Assembly (NCBI GenBank): GCA_964407085.1
Contig: CAYOUH010000001.1
Location: 1 to 31,926 of the forward strand
DNA: 31,926 nucleotides
Direction: 5' to 3'
Source: an uncultured Candidatus Peribacteria bacterium
GTDB lineage: Bacteria > Patescibacteriota > Gracilibacteria > JBDHUY01
Position 1 is the stretch's first letter. Each line of letters starts with the position of its first letter. Shown in pieces: positions 26,639 through 31,926 of the stretch. The translations under genes were made by a program, and so were the position numbers. The notes beneath the pieces were generated by a model that did no database searches, had not been told where the DNA came from, and saw only the letters and a list, made by a program, of their open reading frames with translations.

Positions 26639-27781
26639 ATGACCCCACGCGAAGCCATTTACCTCGACCATGCCGCCACGACGCCGACCGACCCGCGCGT
26701 GGTGGAGACGATGCTGCCGTATTTCACGGAAAAGTCGGGGAACCCCTCCTCGATCCATTCCTTCGGACAGCAGGCGCACCTGGGACTGAACGCCGCGCGC
26801 GAAACGGCGGCGAAAGCGTTGGGTTGCGGGTTGGAAGATGTCGTGTTCACGAGCGGAGCGACGGAAGCGAACAACCTGGTGATCCGCGGCATGGCGCATG
26901 CACTGAAGGAAAAAGGCAGACATATTATTACATCGGCGATCGAACACCCGTGTGTCCTGGAGAGCTGCGGGCTGTTGGAGAAAGAAGGATTCGATGTGAC
27001 GTACCTGTCCGTGGATCACGAGGGGAAGGTATTGTTGGAAGGCTTAAAGGAAGCCGTGCGTGAGGACACGATTCTCATCTCCGTCATGGCGGCGAACAAC
27101 GAGGTGGGCACAGTCCAGCCCATCGAGGACATCGGAAGGATCGCCCAAGAAAAAGGAATTTTCTTCCACACGGACGCCGTGCAGTACTACGGGATATATC
27201 CGTGCAAGGTCCAGGAGATGGGCGTTTCCAGCCTCGTCCTATCGGCGCACAAGTTCGGCGGACCGAAGGGAATCGGGTTGGCGTATCTCAAAAAAGGGAC
27301 AGTGGTCGAACCGCTCCTCGTCGGCGGAGGACAGGAATTTGGGCTACGGTCGGGAACACAGAATGTGCCAGGAGCGGTGGGTATGGGATGCGCGATGGAG
27401 CTCGGGGAGAGTGAGAGGGAAGGGAGAAAGGAGAAGCTTGTTGGGTTGCGAGATACGTTCCTCGAAGCCTTACAGGGGATCAATCACCGCGTGAATACTC
27501 CCTTGGACCACTGCGTGCCACATATCCTGAACGTGGAGTTCCCCGGAGTGGACGCAGCCAAGCTCGTCGTGCGGCTGGACCTCGCAGGGGTAGCGGTATC
27601 AACCGGATCGGCCTGCAGTAATATCGATTCTGACCTGTCGCACGTGCTGACCGCGATGGGGAGGAGTGAGGAGCAGGCGCGCAGCTCCGTGCGGTTCAGC
27701 TTCGGAATAACCACTGCTACCGAGGAGGTGGAACGTGCGGCGGATATCCTCCAACGGGTCGTGGCGGATCTCAAACGGTAG
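26639..27781 (+). CDS. iscS: Cysteine desulfurase (IscS/NifS class I)
   Basis: YLDHAATT, GNPSSIH, FTSGATEANN, HTDAVQ, PLP lysine SAHKFGGPKG, catalytic STGSAC. Confidence 0.93.
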   Translation: MTPREAIYLDHAATTPTDPRVVETMLPYFTEKSGNPSSIHSFGQQAHLGLNAARETAAKALGCGLEDVVFTSGATEANNLVIRGMAHALKEKGRHIITSAIEHPCVLESCGLLEKEGFDVTYLSVDHEGKVLLEGLKEAVREDTILISVMAANNEVGTVQPIEDIGRIAQEKGIFFHTDAVQYYGIYPCKVQEMGVSSLVLSAHKFGGPKGIGLAYLKKGTVVEPLLVGGGQEFGLRSGTQNVPGAVGMGCAMELGESEREGRKEKLVGLRDTFLEALQGINHRVNTPLDHCVPHILNVEFPGVDAAKLVVRLDLAGVAVSTGSACSNIDSDLSHVLTAMGRSEEQARSSVRFSFGITTATEEVERAADILQRVVADLKR

Positions 27782-27785
27782 CACG

Positions 27786-27808
27786 AAAAAACGGGCCGAA
27801 GCCCGTTT
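27786..27808. terminator. Terminator between convergent iscS and rplU with a C(UUCG)G tetraloop on the minus strand
   Basis: Minus strand AAACGGGC-TTCG-GCCCGTTTTTT. Confidence 0.8.
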
Positions 27809-27812
27809 CCAT

Positions 27813-28133
27813 TTATCCAATCTTGGTGACCTCCAGCTGGGTGGTCCTTTGGCGGTGGCCGAAGACCTTGAGATAGCGCTTGCGGCGCTTCCACTTGGCA
27901 CCCATGACCTTGTCGTCCTGGATGTCAGCCTCGAGGACCTTGAATTCAACCGTCTTGCCGGCGAGGTAGGGCATGCCGACCTCCACGACGGAACCATCGG
28001 GTTCGAAGATGGCGAGCACCTTATCGCTCTTCACCGACTTGGCGTCGGCTGCCGCATCGAGCTTGTTGATGGAGAATACCGTGCCGGGAGCGACGGTAAC
28101 CTGCTTTCCCCCGATTTCGACGACTGCGTACAT
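27813..28133 (-). CDS. rplU: 50S ribosomal protein L21
   Basis: MYAVVEIGGKQ, VGMPYL, KRRKRY...GHRQRTT. Confidence 0.95.
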   Translation of the reverse strand: MYAVVEIGGKQVTVAPGTVFSINKLDAAADAKSVKSDKVLAIFEPDGSVVEVGMPYLAGKTVEFKVLEADIQDDKVMGAKWKRRKRYLKVFGHRQRTTQLEVTKIG

Positions 28134-28187
28134 GGTGCTGGTGGCAAAACGAATCAAAACCCGCGAACCTCTAGGGAACGCTTGGTG

Positions 28188-28215
28188 ATTATAGGCAGGG
28201 GGTGGGGCCGGTCAA
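28188..28215 (-). promoter_or_regulatory. Sigma70 promoter TTGACC-N16-TATAAT for rplU
   Basis: Near-consensus pair 54 nt upstream of the start. Confidence 0.7.
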
Positions 28216-28242
28216 GGAAAAGTTGGAAGGAGAAGCCTTTTG

Positions 28243-28251
28243 TGGTAGAAT
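28243..28251 (+). promoter_or_regulatory. Extended -10 (TGgTAGAAT) for prgI/traC-like, giving a very short leader
   Basis: TGn-TAnnnT match 12 nt before ATG 28264. Confidence 0.5.
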
Positions 28252-28263
28252 CGCATGATACCC

Positions 28264-28839
28264 ATGCAATACAAAATCCCCCAAGATACCGGCACGGCGG
28301 AGACCTTCCTCAACCTCGGCATCATCAAGATGTCGCTGAAGCAAATGATCATCCTGTTCGTGGGCTTCGGGATCGGATACTTGCTCTATCTCTCGCTCTT
28401 TCCTCTGTTCGGGACGTATATCGCGCTCGTCCCGGCCGGGATCGTGGGTATCATCGCGTTGGCCTTCGCCTTCGTGCGAAAGGATAATATGAGCTTTGCA
28501 CGGATGCTCCTCTTGCTCATCGAAATGCGGATCAACCCCATGGCCCGGCACTGGATAAGCGGAGGAGCGACCCTGTCGCCCTTCGACCAGATCCTGTCGA
28601 TGCAGGGCCCCGTCGAGGTGAAGAAGGATACCTCCAAGCAGGACCGTAAGATCGAGCAGATCGGATCACTGGTCGAGACCCTGGACCACACCAACATGAC
28701 CCCCATCCTGGAGCGGGTCGACGAGGTGGGGCAGCGCACCGCGGCGCAGAACAGCCGCGTAGGACTCCTCGAAGGATTCGCCCAGGCAGCTGCCAAACGG
28801 ATCAGTACGCATACCCAGAACGGAACCCCCCGCCCATGA
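28264..28839 (+). CDS. PrgI family (VirB3-like) membrane protein
   Basis: MQYKIPQD start, SLKQMII, two TMs (FVGFGIGYLLYL; IALVPAGIVGIIALAFAFV), then a cytoplasmic tail. ATGA-coupled to the TraC-like gene. Confidence 0.7.
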   Translation: MQYKIPQDTGTAETFLNLGIIKMSLKQMIILFVGFGIGYLLYLSLFPLFGTYIALVPAGIVGIIALAFAFVRKDNMSFARMLLLLIEMRINPMARHWISGGATLSPFDQILSMQGPVEVKKDTSKQDRKIEQIGSLVETLDHTNMTPILERVDEVGQRTAAQNSRVGLLEGFAQAAAKRISTHTQNGTPRP

Positions 28840-29528
28840 TCACCCTTTTCCCCAGCAAGGACCCGCGCGACGCCACCGAGAGTACCCAGCGCTACCTGCC
28901 CATCGCCGAGATCCATGACGATACGGTCGTGCTCAACGATGGCGGCCTACGCGCCGTGCTGTCGATCGGGACGGTGAATATCAACCTGAAGTCTGAAGAA
29001 GAACAGAATGCGATCATCGCGTCCTACCAGGGATTCCTCAATTCGCTGGAGTTCCCCATCCAGATCCTGATCCGCTCGGCCAAGCTCGACATCGACCGCT
29101 ATCTCGACAATTTGCAAAAGACCGCCGAGACCCAGCAGAACCCCCTGCTCCAGCGGCAGACGTTCGACTACCTGACCTACATGCGGCGGCTCATCGAGTA
29201 CGCGGATATCATGGAGAAGAAGTTCTACGTAGTGGTGCCGTACGACTCCTCGGCCAAGCCGACAAAGGAAAATGTCTTCAAGCAGTTCTGGCGATCAATC
29301 AATCCGGAGGACAGCGTGGCGAAATTTGCGGCGCGCAGGAAAGAGTTCGAGACGGACCGCAAGGGCCTCATGCAGCGCGTGACTCAGGTGAAGGCGGGAC
29401 TGGCGAACATGAACCTCTCCGAGCGGCAGCTCACGACGAAGGAGCTCATCGAACTCTTCTACTTGGTGTACAACCCGGTGACGGGGAGGAACCAGAAACT
29501 AGAGGACACTCCGAAGGCTGAGGACTAA
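28836..29528 (+). CDS. TraC-like / VirB4-associated T4SS accessory protein (CPR-type)
   Basis: STQRYLPIAEIHDDTVVL, NINLKSEEEQNAII, FLNSLEFPIQI, KKFYVVVPY and ELIELFY match the pattern recalled for this family. Confidence 0.7.
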   Translation: MITLFPSKDPRDATESTQRYLPIAEIHDDTVVLNDGGLRAVLSIGTVNINLKSEEEQNAIIASYQGFLNSLEFPIQILIRSAKLDIDRYLDNLQKTAETQQNPLLQRQTFDYLTYMRRLIEYADIMEKKFYVVVPYDSSAKPTKENVFKQFWRSINPEDSVAKFAARRKEFETDRKGLMQRVTQVKAGLANMNLSERQLTTKELIELFYLVYNPVTGRNQKLEDTPKAED

Positions 29529-29537
29529 GGCGAAAGA

Positions 29538-30599
29538 TTACAAGTTCCCCAAATACTTCTCGCGGTTGAGGTCGTGTTCCTGCTGCGTCCGGGCGTAGCG
29601 GATGTTGCCTTGCCTGTCGTGAAGGTAGTACCAGTAGGGGGAATCCTCGGGGGACACGGCGGCGGCGATACTCTTCTCCCCGGGGTTGCAAATCGGAGTG
29701 GGGGGGAGGCCCTTGTTCTTGCGCGTATTGTACGGGTTATCCTGCGCGAGTTGTTCGGCGGTTATGGGGTTTTGCCAATCGTTCGTGGCATAGCGCGTGG
29801 TGGCATCGACCCCGAGGAACCATCCGGCATCGAGGCGCTTCCAGAGGATCCCCGCGACGATGGGGCGTTCTTCGTCGGTGATCGTTTCCTTCTCCACCAT
29901 CGAGGCCATGATTATCACGTCATACAGGCTGCGCTTACCAGAGGCGATTGTCGGGCGATAGGTCGAGAGGGTTTGCGATGACTGGTCCAGGAGGTCCGCC
30001 ACGAATCCGGCCACATCGAACGCGTCGGGGTCGACGAGGTAGGTTTCCGGGAAAAGGAAGCCCTCGAAGTTGCGGTCTGGGATGGAGGATAGGAGGGAAG
30101 AATCCAGGAGGCAGGTCCGTAGGCATGCAAGAAATTCGTCCCCCTTCACGAGTCCTTTTTCACGAAGGAGATTATCGATTTGCTTAATGGTATAGCCCTC
30201 GGGGATGGTTATGCGCGTGGTGCTGGCCACCTTGCCCGCCAGCCGGGAGGCGATATCGGGAATGAGTGCGCTGGGCTTGAGCACGTAGTCGCCTGCCTGG
30301 ATGGAGGCTTCCCAGCCTTGGGACCTCACATAGCGCGAAAAAGTGGCGGCCTCAGAAATGATCCCTTCATCCTCCAAGAGGGAGGAAACCAGGGCGAGTG
30401 TGGATCCTGTCGGAATAGTTATTTTCTCGGAAAGCTTCGTATCCTGGGAGGCAGGAATTTCTAAAGCTCTCTGGTACCCTAGGGTGTCGTAGGCGAAATA
30501 TCCGCCGGTTCCGATGAGGGCCAGGATAAACAGGGCCAGAATGGTCTTCCCCATTCCCCCTTTGCGCGTGGAGCGCGTGCGGAAGGCTGGTTGCGACAT
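29538..30599 (-). CDS. mltG: Endolytic transglycosylase MltG (YceG)
   Basis: N-terminal TM, TIPEGYT, EGFLFPETY, ASMVEKE, LGVDAT, NPYNT...GLPPTPICNPG. Confidence 0.93.
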   Translation of the reverse strand: MSQPAFRTRSTRKGGMGKTILALFILALIGTGGYFAYDTLGYQRALEIPASQDTKLSEKITIPTGSTLALVSSLLEDEGIISEAATFSRYVRSQGWEASIQAGDYVLKPSALIPDIASRLAGKVASTTRITIPEGYTIKQIDNLLREKGLVKGDEFLACLRTCLLDSSLLSSIPDRNFEGFLFPETYLVDPDAFDVAGFVADLLDQSSQTLSTYRPTIASGKRSLYDVIIMASMVEKETITDEERPIVAGILWKRLDAGWFLGVDATTRYATNDWQNPITAEQLAQDNPYNTRKNKGLPPTPICNPGEKSIAAAVSPEDSPYWYYLHDRQGNIRYARTQQEHDLNREKYLGNL

Positions 30600-30611
30600 T
30601 CGTGGAGATAT

Positions 30612-30902
30612 TTAGGAACCCGGGAAACCCATGTTCCCCATGAGAGGCTTCATGCGCTCTGCAGCGACCTTCTGTGCCTTTTCTAGGCCGCGGTTAGCAG
30701 CTTTCTTGAAGGCTTCAGCCAGCTTGGAGGAAGCCATACCTTCAACAAGAACAGATACGGAAACGATTTCCTGGGAGGCGTTCACGACCACTTTCACCCC
30801 GTCGACCTCGGCCTCGATGTGCGTGCGGGACAGTTCTTCCTTGATCTTCTTGGCTTGGCGCTGGAGGGCGAACATGTCGCCGAATTTCCCGAACATGGAC
30901 AT
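30612..30902 (-). CDS. ybaB: YbaB/EbfC nucleoid-associated protein
   Basis: QAKKIKEEL, GVKVVVNASQEIVSV, AANRGLEKAQ; about 96 aa. Confidence 0.85.
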   Translation of the reverse strand: MSMFGKFGDMFALQRQAKKIKEELSRTHIEAEVDGVKVVVNASQEIVSVSVLVEGMASSKLAEAFKKAANRGLEKAQKVAAERMKPLMGNMGFPGS

Positions 30903-31020
30903 AGTATAAGGAGGAGATGGTACGAACCTGTGAACAGGTGGGAGAAGTATAGCCACCACCTTGGAAAATACCAAACTGTGCCACTACCTCCGGGACAAAG
31001 GTTGACCATAAGCCGATCCG

Positions 31021-31029
31021 TGGTACATT
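31021..31029 (+). promoter_or_regulatory. Extended -10 (TGgTACATT) for rpmH-rnpA
   Basis: TGn-TAnnnT match 28 nt upstream of the rpmH ATG. Confidence 0.5.
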
Positions 31030-31057
31030 GCCCCTACTATCCCTCGCCATTTTTCCC

Positions 31058-31189
31058 ATGCAAGGCAAGCTCCAGAAGGTCAAGCGCCGCAACAAGCACG
31101 GATTCCTCGACCGCATGTCGTCCAAGAACGGCCGCAAGGTGATCAACAGCCGCCGCGCCAAAGGCCGTGCCAAGTTGGCCCTGTCCTAA
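31058..31189 (+). CDS. rpmH: 50S ribosomal protein L34
   Basis: Not in the ORF track. Manual translation [43 protein letters not shown] shows the HGF..RM....GR.V...RR.KGR motif, directly upstream of rnpA. Confidence 0.95.
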   Translation: MQGKLQKVKRRNKHGFLDRMSSKNGRKVINSRRAKGRAKLALS

Positions 31190-31195
31190 GTTCCC

Positions 31196-31564
31196 ATGCT
31201 CCCCAAGCGGGCACGCCTGACCAGCGCCGGCGTAGAACGTGTCCTCAAAAAGCCCTATCGCAGCAAGCAGGGGCTTTTTCGTTGCTCATGGCGGGAGAAC
31301 AGGGTGGGATATCCGCGCTGTGCCGTCGTCGTGACGAAGGGGGAGAACATCGGGTCCGTGCAGCGCAACCGTCTCCGGCGCGTCTCGTACGCGGCCTTGG
31401 AGGAAGGCTTGATTGGGAAGGAATTGGCGGCGGATATCGTCGTTTTTATCCGAGGCATGAATGGGGATGTTGGTAAGGAACGTGTTTACGGCGACCTCTC
31501 AACGATCGTGGCTACCATTTCGGAGGCGGCCAAGGGGTTGGTATCCAAAACGAAGGTGGACTAA
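31196..31564 (+). CDS. rnpA: Ribonuclease P protein component
   Basis: MLPKRARL, PRCAVVVTK, RNR motif VQRNRLRR; follows rpmH. Confidence 0.9.
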   Translation: MLPKRARLTSAGVERVLKKPYRSKQGLFRCSWRENRVGYPRCAVVVTKGENIGSVQRNRLRRVSYAALEEGLIGKELAADIVVFIRGMNGDVGKERVYGDLSTIVATISEAAKGLVSKTKVD

Positions 31565-31613
31565 CCTTTCCCTTTCACCTCTCATCCGCTAGGCTTCACG
31601 TAACGAACATCCT

Positions 31614-31907
31614 ATGCCCCGCAGAAGGTCCCGCCATCACGGAAACGGTCCAGCGTCCAATCGACCCCGCCAACCAGCCAGGCCGCCGAAGCCGAAGCTC
31701 ATCCCGATCGAGCAGGACGAGAACGCCATCATGGCCGACGCCATCCCCAAGCTCCCCACGATCCTGTTCTATTGCCGCAAGTGCCGCGCGGTGATCACCC
31801 CGATGCAGCTGCATAAGCGGTTCGAATACCGCTGCCCGACCTGTGGACTAGATGCGGCCTTCGGAACAGAGAAGAGCGTGCGTGGGTTCTACAACTACAA
31901 GGGCTAG
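31614..31907 (+). CDS. Small zinc-ribbon hypothetical protein
   Basis: FYCRKC...YRCPTC (two CxxC motifs) after a basic Arg/Pro-rich N-terminus. Confidence 0.7.
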   Translation: MPRRRSRHHGNGPASNRPRQPARPPKPKLIPIEQDENAIMADAIPKLPTILFYCRKCRAVITPMQLHKRFEYRCPTCGLDAAFGTEKSVRGFYNYKG

Positions 31908-31926
31908 GCTCCATGTTTCGCTTGGG

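Noticed and set aside
30903-31057. Possible oriC next to rpmH
   Set aside because: No dnaA and no cluster of TTWTNCACA boxes; the best local match (TGTGAACAG) has two mismatches. The single TTTTCCACA near 25015 is isolated.
1-31926. CRISPR arrays, IS elements, prophage, tRNA/rRNA genes
   Set aside because: No regularly spaced repeats, transposase/integrase/phage motifs or cloverleaf/rRNA signatures were seen.

Overview
Chromosomal window from a GC-rich bacterium using genetic code 11 (TGA is a stop, shown by ATGA start/stop overlaps). The gene set and protein styles suggest Patescibacteria/CPR, perhaps Peregrinibacteria-like; this is inference only. Housekeeping genes: jag (partial), yidC, yhhQ, SIMPL, DUF378, pcrA, an RRM protein, sod, iscS-like, rplU, mltG, ybaB, rpmH (missed by the ORF track) and rnpA. 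Interleaved with them are four envelope/contact modules. (1) A type IV pilus cluster (pilB, pilC, four minor pilins, two tandem major pilins), bracketed by a stand-alone receiver gene and a DUF3068-like+CHASE+PAS histidine kinase. (2) A translationally coupled pair of predicted peptidoglycan hydrolases: an MltD-like lytic transglycosylase and a DUF5715/M15-like Zn peptidase. (3) Scattered T4SS-like genes (VirD4-like ATPase; PrgI + TraC-like pair) with no relaxase or integrase. (4) A polysaccharide deacetylase broken by one in-frame TAG. The most interesting candidate system: the hydrolase pair and the response-regulator/pilus operon carry an identical 16-bp extended -10 promoter element, suggesting a co-regulated attach-and-breach programme. 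No rRNA, tRNA, CRISPR array or IS element was recognised. All family assignments come from motif recognition by eye, not database searches.
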